A stretch of DNA of 64,000 bases, from positions 77,145-141,144 of the forward strand of contig CAZVMV010000001.1 in NCBI GenBank assembly GCA_964628855.1. Direction: 5' to 3'. The position numbers and the translations under genes were made by a program. The notes under the pieces were generated by a model. That model worked only from the letters and a program-made list of their open reading frames with translations, was not told where the DNA came from and searched no databases. Source of the stretch: an uncultured Gammaproteobacteria bacterium. GTDB lineage: Bacteria; Patescibacteriota; Patescibacteriia; UBA10025; JAHIVO01. How positions within the stretch are numbered: the first letter of the stretch is position 1; each line of letters opens with the position of its first letter. Below are positions 1 through 8,708 of the stretch, one piece after another.

Positions 1-403
1 GGTGTTGATTTGTGTCCAGGTCGTGCCGTTGTATTCCCAGATGCCCGCGCCGACTGTAGTGTTGGTGGCGCTGGCAAGAAGTTTATTATTGAATACAACA
101 AAACTGGTCGAATCAACATTCAGAGCGTTGCCGAAACCGTCAGTATTCACCTGGGTCCATGTTGAGCTCGCGTATTTCCAAATTTCACTCCCAGTCGTAG
201 TATTTGCCGTCGAGGCATACAGCGACCCGCCAAAATTAATCATAGAATAAGAACGATAGTTTTGTCCCGAGCCAAACCCGTCTGTATTGATCTGTGACCA
301 GGTGGGCGAAGCGGCATTCGCAGTCCCAGGGAAAATAATTAGGGCGCCTGCCAACAACATAAAAACACCCAATAGCAATGTGGCGCTATTCCATTGTTTT
401 ACC
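1..403 (-). CDS. Secreted repeat protein, C-terminus truncated by the window edge. The N-terminal signal peptide is followed by tandem ~45-aa W-containing repeats (IWKYASSTWTQVNTDGFG / IWEYNGTTWTQINT).
   Basis: Reverse complement of 361-403 gives ATG...MVKQWNSATLLLGVFMLLAGALIIFPGTANAASPT, a signal peptide with an AxA site. The frame stays open to position 1. The ORF track does not list it because no stop lies inside the window. Confidence 0.5.
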
Positions 404-461
404 ATAGTTTAATATTAAGTTGATAATCCTACTCTAAAAGTATAATTTATTTTTAAAAAAA

Positions 462-497
462 CAGCAAAAAAAAGGCGACAGCATTACGCTATCGCCC
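462..497 (-). terminator. Rho-independent terminator (minus strand) downstream of the 82-aa ORF.
   Basis: Hairpin GGCGACAGC-ATTAC-GCTATCGCC (8 of 9 bp). It is preceded on the plus strand by A8, which reads as a T-run on the minus strand. Confidence 0.4.
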
Positions 498-528
498 ATG
501 AATACGGACACTGGTGTGTCCGGGTGCA

Positions 529-777
529 TTACTCTAACCTCTTCCTCATTGCTCTGACAATGCCGGCCAGGTATTTTTCGTCCATTTCTGGAAGCTGCCT
601 GTGAAAACCGGTCCCGTCATCGGCGAAGAGTAGGTCGGCGACTCCAACATTCGATTCGCCGTGGGCTTCTTCGGACATATGCGAAAAAAAATCCGCTTTT
701 GTCACGATTTTTTCCTTCAGGCGAATTTCCCCCGTGAGTTGCTGGATTTCTACGAGCATCTCTGCTTTGCTCGCCAC
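529..777 (-). CDS. Hypothetical small protein (82 aa) with a GTG start.
   Basis: ORF with an AAGGAGGT Shine-Dalgarno 3-4 nt upstream of GTG. Co-oriented and 25 nt downstream of the nucleotidyltransferase gene. No recognisable motif. Confidence 0.4.
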   Translation of the reverse strand: MASKAEMLVEIQQLTGEIRLKEKIVTKADFFSHMSEEAHGESNVGVADLLFADDGTGFHRQLPEMDEKYLAGIVRAMRKRLE

Positions 778-802
778 AATACCTCCTTGTTAAGAGTTTG
801 GA

Positions 803-1630
803 TTATCTGACTTTTCGATTACGATGCCTTCGGGCCATCCGCCTACGCACTTCTTCAAGCGCCTCGACAGTATCCACCCCCAGAAAATCCTTAGGGTGAT
901 GGCTGCAGTACGTATGCACCGCAGTATCTTCCCTTGCCGCGAGAAGGGCGGTGTACAGATGGATCTCCGGCATGTGAAGCGGAAACTTCTCCAGCAGGTA
1001 ACCCAGGCCATATAGAAAGCCTCGGAACCAACTGGCCTGATAAATATACGGCCCGGCGTGCAGTTCCTCCTTCTGCCTCCGGCGCGAATATTCGATCCTT
1101 GCTTGCAGGTCATAGAAACGGCGTTTCTGCCGTATTACCACGCCACACTTGCGGTATTCGGGCTTCCGACGGTTTTCGTTGAACGTCAGGATGCCGGCCC
1201 GCATTGGCTGGTGCTCCAGGAAACTAATGATAAATTCGTCCAAATCGTGGCTGGTGACTAACGGCTGGTCACCCATGAGCACGACGACGAAATCGGCTTC
1301 GTCTGCCTGGGGAAACACACCCTGCTTGATCGCCTGCCAGACTGCATCTGCAGTACCACGATGGTTATCCTGCACGGCTATCTGGATATCGGGGAACTTC
1401 TTGAGTTCCTGACGCAGTACCTCCTCATATCGGGTACTAATGATGGCCGTGACACCGACCACACGTGCGGCAGTTACACCGCTCGCGGCATCAATGACGT
1501 AGGAAATCACCGTTTGCCCGTTTAATGGTTCGAGAAGTTTTGGCCGCCAGGGCGCATGCTTCGGATCAAGAGTCCGCTTGCCGCCACCCAGTACAACGAA
1601 CCAAACTTTCGGTTTTCGTCTCTTTGTCAA
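803..1630 (-). CDS. Sugar-phosphate nucleotidyltransferase (GlmU N-terminal-domain-like, no LbH domain) with a TTG start.
   Basis: VVLGGGKRT glycine-rich NTP-transferase loop. QDNHRGTADAV and VLMGDQPL motifs resemble GlmU and other sugar NTases. AGGAGGT lies just upstream of TTG. Confidence 0.5.
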   Translation of the reverse strand: MTKRRKPKVWFVVLGGGKRTLDPKHAPWRPKLLEPLNGQTVISYVIDAASGVTAARVVGVTAIISTRYEEVLRQELKKFPDIQIAVQDNHRGTADAVWQAIKQGVFPQADEADFVVVLMGDQPLVTSHDLDEFIISFLEHQPMRAGILTFNENRRKPEYRKCGVVIRQKRRFYDLQARIEYSRRRQKEELHAGPYIYQASWFRGFLYGLGYLLEKFPLHMPEIHLYTALLAAREDTAVHTYCSHHPKDFLGVDTVEALEEVRRRMARRHRNRKVR

Positions 1631-1892
1631 AGTACCTCCTAGTTATATATTTCTTTTACAATTTCTGTTTTTTATGCTTGATTACAGAAGAAAACCATAA
1701 AAAAGCAGTAATTCAACCTACCCTATTTCATCCGGAATGTCAAGATTCATTGGCTAAATTCAGGCCAACGGACTAATCATACATAACCAGCAGGTGGACA
1801 AAATGTGCAAATAATCTGCGTAAAAAATACCTTGAATTTAGGTGACATACAGGTTACAATGTATTCACTGATTTTTAGCAAAAACCTATCCC

Positions 1893-3254
1893 ATGCCCAG
1901 CGACCCGATCGCCAAAGTACCACCGCAAAACCTTGAGGCCGAACAATCCGTACTCGGCTCTCTTTTGATTGACAAGGACGCCATCACAAAAATTGCCGAC
2001 CTTATCAGGCCGGAAGATTTTTATAAAGATTCAAACGGCACAATTTTTGATGCGATGGTAGACCTGTACGACAAGCGCGAACCCATCGACGTCGTATCGC
2101 TTGCCAATAAACTTCAGGAACGTGGCCAGCTCGAAGCAATCGGCGGCCGGAGTGCCCTGGCCAGCCTGGCAAATTCAGTCCCCAGCTCGTCACATATCGT
2201 CAACTACGCCCAGATCGTACAGAAAAAATCCACACTCCGACGGCTTTTAAATGCGGCTTCTGAAATCACCAGCCTAGGCTACCAGGAAACGGACAAGATT
2301 GAAGAATTATTAGACCGGGCCGAACAGCAGATTTTTGGCGTCTCCCAGAAATTCCTGAAACAAAACTTCATCCCTATCAAATCAATCCTGACCGAAGCAT
2401 TTGACCGGATCGATGAACTGCATCGTGATTCAGGCAAACTGCGTGGGATCCCGACTGGATATGGTGATCTCGACCACGTCCTGGCCGGCTTGCAAAAATC
2501 CGACCTCGTGATCCTGGCCGCCCGGCCATCTGTCGGTAAGACCACCTTGGCATTGGACATTGCCCGCCAGGTAGCGGTGAATTCAAAAATACCTGTCGGC
2601 ATTTTCAGTTTGGAAATGTCAAAAGAACAATTAGTAGACCGCTTGCTCTGCTCCCAGGCAAATGTAGAACTCTGGAAAATGCGAACAGGCAGACTTTCCG
2701 AAGATGAGGATTTCACGAGCATCGGGCATGCTATGGGCGTACTGTCAGAAGCGCCAATTTTTATTGATGATTCCGCCACAGCCAATGCTATGGAAATTCG
2801 GACCAAAGCCCGCCGACTCCAATCCGAACACCACCTGGGACTTATTGTCCTGGACTATCTGCAGCTCATGCAGGGCACTTCAGGGACAGATAACCGGGTC
2901 CAGGAAATTAGCGAAATTACCCGTTCGCTTAAGGCGATTGCTCGCGAATTAAATGTCCCGGTAATTGCCCTGTCCCAGCTGTCACGCGCCGTTGAATCAC
3001 GCCAACCGCCGATACCGAAATTGGCCGATCTCCGTGAATCCGGCTCCATCGAACAGGATGCGGATGTCGTCATGTTTATTTATCGTGAAGCGATTTACAA
3101 GAAAGACCTGGATCCGGCCAGGAAGAATATCGCGGAAATCCATATTGCCAAACACCGTAACGGCCCAACTGGCGTGGTCCAGTTGTACTTCGACGAAAAC
3201 AAAGTCAGTTTCAAGAACCTGGAACGCAAAATGGATTCTGAGCCATCATTTTAA
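1893..3254 (+). CDS. dnaB: Replicative DNA helicase DnaB.
   Basis: N-terminal PQNLEAEQSVLGSLL. Walker A GARPSVGKT. Full-length RecA-like C-terminal domain. 453 aa. Confidence 0.95.
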   Translation: MPSDPIAKVPPQNLEAEQSVLGSLLIDKDAITKIADLIRPEDFYKDSNGTIFDAMVDLYDKREPIDVVSLANKLQERGQLEAIGGRSALASLANSVPSSSHIVNYAQIVQKKSTLRRLLNAASEITSLGYQETDKIEELLDRAEQQIFGVSQKFLKQNFIPIKSILTEAFDRIDELHRDSGKLRGIPTGYGDLDHVLAGLQKSDLVILAARPSVGKTTLALDIARQVAVNSKIPVGIFSLEMSKEQLVDRLLCSQANVELWKMRTGRLSEDEDFTSIGHAMGVLSEAPIFIDDSATANAMEIRTKARRLQSEHHLGLIVLDYLQLMQGTSGTDNRVQEISEITRSLKAIARELNVPVIALSQLSRAVESRQPPIPKLADLRESGSIEQDADVVMFIYREAIYKKDLDPARKNIAEIHIAKHRNGPTGVVQLYFDENKVSFKNLERKMDSEPSF

Positions 3255-3258
3255 CAAC

Positions 3259-3555
3259 ATGTTTGATAAAATAAAACAACTGAAAGAACTCCGCGACCAG
3301 GCTAAACAGATGAAAGAAATGCTGGAAAAAGAATCAGTTGTCGGCGAAGGTGGCGGCGGTAAAGTGTCGATTGTCATGAACGGCAACCAGGAGGTATTGT
3401 CTACCAGCGTCGACTCCGTCCTTCTCAAAACCGATTCAAAAGAGGCTCTCGAACACTACCTACGGGAGGCAATTAATGATGCCATAAAAAAAGTCCAGAG
3501 AGTGATGGCCCAAAAAATGCAGAATATGCAGGGATTTAACCTGCCAGGCATGTAA
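3259..3555 (+). CDS. ybaB: Nucleoid-associated protein YbaB/EbfC.
   Basis: 98-aa product MFDKIKQLKELRDQAKQMKEMLE...VSIVMNGNQEVL is typical of the YbaB family. I chose the internal ATG 5 nt after the dnaB stop rather than the long overlapping frame. Confidence 0.85.
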   Translation: MFDKIKQLKELRDQAKQMKEMLEKESVVGEGGGGKVSIVMNGNQEVLSTSVDSVLLKTDSKEALEHYLREAINDAIKKVQRVMAQKMQNMQGFNLPGM

Positions 3556-3557
3556 CC

Positions 3558-4163
3558 ATGAACACCTACCCAGACCCAATAAAAAAACTCGTCGACCTCT
3601 TTACCAGACTCCCAGGCATCGGACCGAAATCCGCCGAAAGGATAGTATTCCATCTCCTGAAAGATTCTGGAGGATTTAGCGCCAACCTCACAAAATCAGT
3701 CGCTGAACTGAAAAAGTCTGTCACCACCTGCCAGCGCTGTTTCAACGTATCCGCGTCAAACCCCTGCCCAATCTGCGCCGACCAAAAACGCGACCATTCC
3801 ACTATTTGCGTCGTATCCGGTCCGGCCGATGTTTCGGCGATCGAAAAAACCGGCGAGTTCCATGGACTTTACCACGTGCTCGGCGGAGTATTAAATCCTG
3901 TGGAAAATATCACACCGGACCAATTAACAATCAACCAGCTTCAAAAACGTATCGCTGATCCGTCCCAAAAAATCAAAGAAGTTATCCTGGCCACCAATCC
4001 CGACCTGGAGGGCGAATCTACCTCCCTATATCTGGCACGGCTGCTAAAAAACCTTCCAATAAAAATTACCCGCCTTGCCAAGGGCTTGCCCATGGGCTCT
4101 GACCTTGAGTATGCAGACGAAATAACCATTTCCAGTGCCCTGAAAGGAAGACAGTCAGTATAA
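3558..4163 (+). CDS. recR: Recombination protein RecR.
   Basis: HhH motif LPGIGPKSAERI. C4 zinc finger CQRCFNVSASNPCPIC. Toprim domain. Confidence 0.95.
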   Translation: MNTYPDPIKKLVDLFTRLPGIGPKSAERIVFHLLKDSGGFSANLTKSVAELKKSVTTCQRCFNVSASNPCPICADQKRDHSTICVVSGPADVSAIEKTGEFHGLYHVLGGVLNPVENITPDQLTINQLQKRIADPSQKIKEVILATNPDLEGESTSLYLARLLKNLPIKITRLAKGLPMGSDLEYADEITISSALKGRQSV

Positions 4164-4178
4164 GGATAAATACAAAAA

Positions 4179-4207
4179 ACACGTACAAACCATGTACGTG
4201 AATTTTT
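4179..4207. terminator. Bidirectional rho-independent terminator between recR (+) and rplU (-).
   Basis: Perfect 8-bp hairpin CACGTACA-AACCA-TGTACGTG flanked by A-run and T-run. Confidence 0.5.
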
Positions 4208-4214
4208 ATAATAT

Positions 4215-4529
4215 CTATACGGTAATTTTGTCTATCTTGACCGTCGAATAATTCTGGCGGTGGCCCCGTGTCCGTCGATAACGGACTTTATTGTGAAATT
4301 TCACGACCATAACTTTTTTGGCTTTTGACTGGCCGACAACAGTTGCGGTTACGGTAGCGCCCTTGACGAACGGGTTGCCGAGCTTATTGCTGTTTCCATC
4401 CGATACCAACATGACCTTATCAAATGTTACTTTGCCGTCCGTTTTTGCGTTCAGCTTTTCCACTCGGATCGTCTTACCCTCGACCGCTTTGTATTGTTTT
4501 CCCCCAGTATTAATAATGGCGAATTTCAT
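4215..4529 (-). CDS. rplU: 50S ribosomal protein L21.
   Basis: MKFAIINTGGKQYKAVEGKTIRVEKL matches L21. The start is set at the internal Met, so 24 codons of the tracked ORF are excluded. Confidence 0.88.
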   Translation of the reverse strand: MKFAIINTGGKQYKAVEGKTIRVEKLNAKTDGKVTFDKVMLVSDGNSNKLGNPFVKGATVTATVVGQSKAKKVMVVKFHNKVRYRRTRGHRQNYSTVKIDKITV

Positions 4530-4590
4530 AGGTTCAGTAATAAAAAAATACCAATTAATTGTACGTGCTGGTAGTGTACCAGACGGCCGG

Positions 4591-5070
4591 CTACTTGTCA
4601 AAGGTAATTACCACAGGATTACCCACGGCAAATCCCCGGTTAGCAGAAATACCGCCATTGATTTCCAGGACATAATTTGCGTCCATCTTTGGGTCTATCG
4701 TCAGTTCCCCAGGTTTTGCTGACGGAGCGATATAGACAACCTTGCCATCATTTATCCAAATAATATCAAGGCTGACAAGCGTATTCTGCATCGTAAAAAC
4801 ATAATGTCCAACGGACGGAAAAACAAAAAGCATCCCCTTGCCTGGATCGATAAAGGATCGCTGGGAAAGCCCCTTGGCACGGGCAGACTCTGTTTTTGCC
4901 AATTCGACTTTAAATGTCGTATCTTTAATGGTCACGGTAGCAGTCTCTTTGACGACTGACTTGAGGTAATACGGCATTTCATCTGAGATGCGGCTCCCGC
5001 CTGAAAACCAAAAAATAATGCCAAATACTATGGCAACGAACAGAATTATTATCGTACTCTTGCTTATCAT
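4591..5070 (-). CDS. DUF192 family membrane-anchored protein.
   Basis: N-terminal TM helix. Conserved DUF192 core GMLFVFP...MQNTLVSLDIIWINDGKVV. Confidence 0.55.
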   Translation of the reverse strand: MISKSTIIILFVAIVFGIIFWFSGGSRISDEMPYYLKSVVKETATVTIKDTTFKVELAKTESARAKGLSQRSFIDPGKGMLFVFPSVGHYVFTMQNTLVSLDIIWINDGKVVYIAPSAKPGELTIDPKMDANYVLEINGGISANRGFAVGNPVVITFDK

Positions 5071-5076
5071 AATATT

Positions 5077-6192
5077 TTAATTAGTGACTTTTTTCCCATA
5101 ATGACGAAGGACGAATACCCCCAACGCCACCATAACCAGGCATAAGATAAACATAGCGATTACTTTTTGTTTTGTCCCGGAAAATAACGCGACAGCCCCG
5201 AAACAGAGGCTGATCGTATATAGTAGTAGTACTGCCCCACGGTGAGAAAGGCCTACATCCAGTAATCGGAAATGAAGGTGTTTGCGGTCTGCAGTGGAAA
5301 AGGGTGATTTTTTTTCAAAAAAAACTCGCCTAATTATAACCCAAGCAACATCCAGAATTGGAATACCCATAATCAGAAGGGCAGTGGCGATTTTAGCTCC
5401 AGAAATGATAGAAAGCACACCAAGCATAAACCCGACAAAAAGACTGCCCCCCTCCCCAAGGAATATTTTTGCCGGGTGGAAATTGAAAAACAAAAAACCT
5501 AAACAAGCCCCTGCAAATATCGACGCCAATAATGCTGTTTCCGGCTGGGCCACTTCCTTGCCAAGGCTCAAGAAAAAAAGGATTACGGATCCGATCACGC
5601 CAATTCCGGAAACCAACCCGTCCAGACCATCCAAAAATTTCGTCGTGTACATCATACCCATAAGCCATAAAAAAGCGAATAAATCCGCCCACAAGGTAAA
5701 ATGATATGGGGTGCCATCAAATGAAAAAATATTCCACTTGATGCTGTCCAGTTGCCAAACGCCACCAAAAGGATTAGTAATGTAGGTTACCCCGATCCCA
5801 GCACCGACAACAACTAAACACGCCAATATGGGCCATAAAATCTGACGCGATGGCTTCAAATGGAAGCGGTCATCCAAATACCCTCCGATCATGAGCAATA
5901 ATCCTGCCAGTCCTATGCCGACCAAATATTTTGGGAGCATATAACCGCCCAGTAATCGATTCGAAAATATTACATATAATGTCGTCACAAGACATGAGGC
6001 GATAAAAATTGCCATCCCGCCAAGCAAGGGGGTAGGTTTGGATTGAATCTTCCTGTCTGGGGCAGCCTCAGGACGGTCAAAAACGCCTTTTTTCTTCGCC
6101 CACCATTTTACCAAAATCGTACAAAATACAGAAAAAATTACGCTGACAAAAAAAGGTAATATATATGACTGTACTTGGAGGGAATTATCCAT
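5077..6192 (-). CDS. MraY/WecA-family (GT4) polyprenyl-phosphate N-acetylhexosamine-1-phosphate transferase.
   Basis: Multi-pass membrane protein with DDRFHL (DDxxD) and LDGLDGL motifs. 371 aa. Confidence 0.75.
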   Translation of the reverse strand: MDNSLQVQSYILPFFVSVIFSVFCTILVKWWAKKKGVFDRPEAAPDRKIQSKPTPLLGGMAIFIASCLVTTLYVIFSNRLLGGYMLPKYLVGIGLAGLLLMIGGYLDDRFHLKPSRQILWPILACLVVVGAGIGVTYITNPFGGVWQLDSIKWNIFSFDGTPYHFTLWADLFAFLWLMGMMYTTKFLDGLDGLVSGIGVIGSVILFFLSLGKEVAQPETALLASIFAGACLGFLFFNFHPAKIFLGEGGSLFVGFMLGVLSIISGAKIATALLIMGIPILDVAWVIIRRVFFEKKSPFSTADRKHLHFRLLDVGLSHRGAVLLLYTISLCFGAVALFSGTKQKVIAMFILCLVMVALGVFVLRHYGKKVTN

Positions 6193-6601
6193 GATGTTTA
6201 TCGAGAAATGTTTGAAGAATAATCATCGCCGCGGTTTGGTCAATAGTCTGTCTCGTTTCTTTTGTGGACCGGCCAGCCTGTTTTTTTGCCCGAATGGCAT
6301 AAACCGTAGTAAAACGTTCATCCTCATACAAAACTTCACAACCGACTTTATTATGCAAAAGTTGACCCCATTTTTTCACGGTTTTGGCTTTTTCGCCTAC
6401 CAAACCGTGCTGGTCAAGCGGCAATCCGACTACAACCCTCATTACTTTCTCTTCCTGGCATATTGCGTTAAGGTGGAAGAAGCAAGCGTCAGAACCGTCA
6501 TTTTCGATAGTCCGAAAAGGGAATACGAAACGGCCATCGTCACTGGAAATGGCCAGACCGATTCTTTTTTCCCCATAATCAATACCCAAAACTTTCCCCA
6601 T
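6185..6601 (-). CDS. ruvX: YqgF/RuvX Holliday-junction-resolvase-like nuclease.
   Basis: MGKVLGIDYGEKRIGLAISS is a typical RuvX N-terminus. 138 aa. Confidence 0.8.
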   Translation of the reverse strand: MGKVLGIDYGEKRIGLAISSDDGRFVFPFRTIENDGSDACFFHLNAICQEEKVMRVVVGLPLDQHGLVGEKAKTVKKWGQLLHNKVGCEVLYEDERFTTVYAIRAKKQAGRSTKETRQTIDQTAAMIILQTFLDKHHG

Positions 6602-6610
6602 ACGAATATT

Positions 6611-7360
6611 TTATTCTTTTGTCAGGATCTTGTGGCCACCATCGACCACTGCTAGCGTGTGCTCAAAATGGGCGGAGCAGGAGCCGTCACTGGTGACAAT
6701 AGTCCATCCATCAGACAAAGTGACCACTTCATCGCCGCCGATATTCACCATCGGCTCCAGGGCGATAACCATACCGGCGCTTAGCCGTAAGCCTTGGCCA
6801 GGTTTTCCGAAATTTGGTATCTTTGGTTCCTCATGCACCGCATATCCGACACCATGACCGACCAAACTTTTAACTACAGAAAATCCAAAAGATTCGGCAT
6901 AAGACTGAACAGCAAAACCAATATCGCCAAGAGCCACGCCGGGCTTGACCAGGGTTATTGCCTTGTCCAGAGACTGTCGGGTAACCTGGATTAATTTTTC
7001 AGCTTCGGCTGAAATTTTGCCGACCGGCACAGTTACGGCCATGTCAGTAAATAACCCTTTATACTCTAATCCAATATCAACTCCGACCACGTCACCGGGC
7101 TTGATTTTCCTTTTTGGTGAAGGGATGCCATGCACCACACCCTCGTTTATCGAAATACACGTTGAAGCCGGATAATCGCTGAAACCTTTGAAGGATGGCT
7201 TGCCGCCTGATTCCTTGATCAGTTTTTCTGCTAACGCATCAAGCTTGGCCGTGCTGATGCCGGGTTTAACCTCTGCCGCTACCAGCCTCACCACTCGCGC
7301 CAAAATCTTGCCGCCTTCAGCCAATTTGGCGATATCGTCAGAATTTTTAATCCTTATCAT
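6611..7360 (-). CDS. map: Methionine aminopeptidase type I.
   Basis: Pita-bread fold motifs are present (GDVVGVDIG, HGVGYAVHE, metal ligands). 249 aa. Confidence 0.9.
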   Translation of the reverse strand: MIRIKNSDDIAKLAEGGKILARVVRLVAAEVKPGISTAKLDALAEKLIKESGGKPSFKGFSDYPASTCISINEGVVHGIPSPKRKIKPGDVVGVDIGLEYKGLFTDMAVTVPVGKISAEAEKLIQVTRQSLDKAITLVKPGVALGDIGFAVQSYAESFGFSVVKSLVGHGVGYAVHEEPKIPNFGKPGQGLRLSAGMVIALEPMVNIGGDEVVTLSDGWTIVTSDGSCSAHFEHTLAVVDGGHKILTKE

Positions 7361-8021
7361 GTGACGGAAAAATTTTTAAAATATTCTTAAACACTGCCTT
7401 GACTGGCGGCTCACCGTCAATCCTGACCAAAATACCCTGCGTCTTATAATACTTAATCAGGGGTTTGGTCATTTTATTATAGCTTGCCAGCCGTTCGGCG
7501 ATAGCTTTTGGCTTGTCATCTTCCCGCTGGAACACTTGGCCGCCGCATACAGGACATTTTTTCGCATTGGATGGTATGTTTTTACCGGCGATGAATATTC
7601 GGCCGCACTTCATACAGGTGCGCCGCAATGATAGGCGCTTGACTGTAGTTTTGCGAGATATTGGCATATCAATAACCAAAGTCAGTCTACGGCCAAGCTT
7701 TTTAAATAATACATCAAGCGCTTTTGCCTGGGCGAAAGTGCGCGGGAATCCGTCAAAAACCACGCCTTTTGATTTGCTTACCTTGTGCAATGCCTGTTCT
7801 AAAACCCGCACCGTCAAATTATCAGGAATCAGAGATCCCTTCACATAAATTAAAAAATTAATCCTCTTCCCGAGAGGCGTCTTGGCTTTGGCCATTTGCC
7901 TAAATATTTTTCCAGTTTCTATATGGGCCAGGTTGAATTTTTCTGCCAAGAGCGAGGCCTGCGTCCCCTTGCCAGAACCTTGAGGACCGAGAATGAGAAT
8001 ATTTTGCACTGGCTTTGTCAT
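7347..8021 (-). CDS. adk: Adenylate kinase with a zinc-binding LID.
   Basis: P-loop GPQGSGKGTQ. LID CMKCGRIF...CPVCGG. Confidence 0.9.
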   Translation of the reverse strand: MTKPVQNILILGPQGSGKGTQASLLAEKFNLAHIETGKIFRQMAKAKTPLGKRINFLIYVKGSLIPDNLTVRVLEQALHKVSKSKGVVFDGFPRTFAQAKALDVLFKKLGRRLTLVIDMPISRKTTVKRLSLRRTCMKCGRIFIAGKNIPSNAKKCPVCGGQVFQREDDKPKAIAERLASYNKMTKPLIKYYKTQGILVRIDGEPPVKAVFKNILKIFPSHDKD

Positions 8022-8025
8022 TTGA

Positions 8026-8619
8026 TTAGGAGTTCAACAATTTTATAATCTCCCCGACCTGTTCGTCCAATTCCTGCAATGAACCGGTGTTCATTACCGT
8101 ATAATCCGCCATGGCGATCGGCCCGGCTTTCTCGATTTTTTCAATTTCTGCATAATCACGGCTGTGCGCCTCCTCTCGGGAAAATGACCGGTATTTCATC
8201 TTTGGGTCATCTTTGTACTTTGAACGCCGGTCTTCGAGTCTGGCATACCTCATCGCAGGCGGAGCGTACACTGCCACGACAACCAAGCTTGATCCATATT
8301 TCTCTTTGAGCACCTTGTACTCAGACCAACTGTAGAGGCCGTCGGCCAGAACATTTTTGCCTTGCGCAATCAATTCGTCAATTTTAGGAATGTTCAATAT
8401 GGCAAATGCGGCCATGCCGTGTTTAGCCCTGAATTCCTCTCGGATCGGGCGTTCATTCTCCTCTTTGGGCTCAAGGCCGCGGCGCTTCACCTCATCCAAT
8501 GTTATCTGTCCAAAACGCAAATAGGCGAACCCACTGGCGACAAACCGGTCGGCTACTTCACTCTTACCGGCGCCGCACATCCCAACTAAAGCGACAATTT
8601 TTTGGCTAAATTTGTTCAT
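8026..8619 (-). CDS. P-loop nucleoside/nucleotide kinase (dephospho-CoA-kinase-like or archaeal-type NMP kinase).
   Basis: Walker A VGMCGAGKS at the N-terminus. ~197 aa. Sits between secY and adk. Specific substrate cannot be assigned. Confidence 0.45.
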   Translation of the reverse strand: MNKFSQKIVALVGMCGAGKSEVADRFVASGFAYLRFGQITLDEVKRRGLEPKEENERPIREEFRAKHGMAAFAILNIPKIDELIAQGKNVLADGLYSWSEYKVLKEKYGSSLVVVAVYAPPAMRYARLEDRRSKYKDDPKMKYRSFSREEAHSRDYAEIEKIEKAGPIAMADYTVMNTGSLQELDEQVGEIIKLLNS

Positions 8620-8708
8620 ATGTTGATATTATACCTGATTTTCAAATTATAAAAAACACAGGAGCAAATCATTCTCCTGCACACAATTCTTACTATGGAT
8701 TAGTAGCA

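Noticed and set aside
2-250. 82-aa plus-strand ORF at the window start.
   Set aside because: It is antisense to a much better minus-strand ORF (1..403) that has a clear signal peptide and an internal repeat structure. It is probably a shadow ORF.
2965-3555. 196-aa plus-strand ORF overlapping the 3' end of dnaB.
   Set aside because: Only the last 98 codons, from the ATG at 3259 just after the dnaB stop, match the YbaB family. The upstream part is an out-of-frame read-through of dnaB coding sequence.
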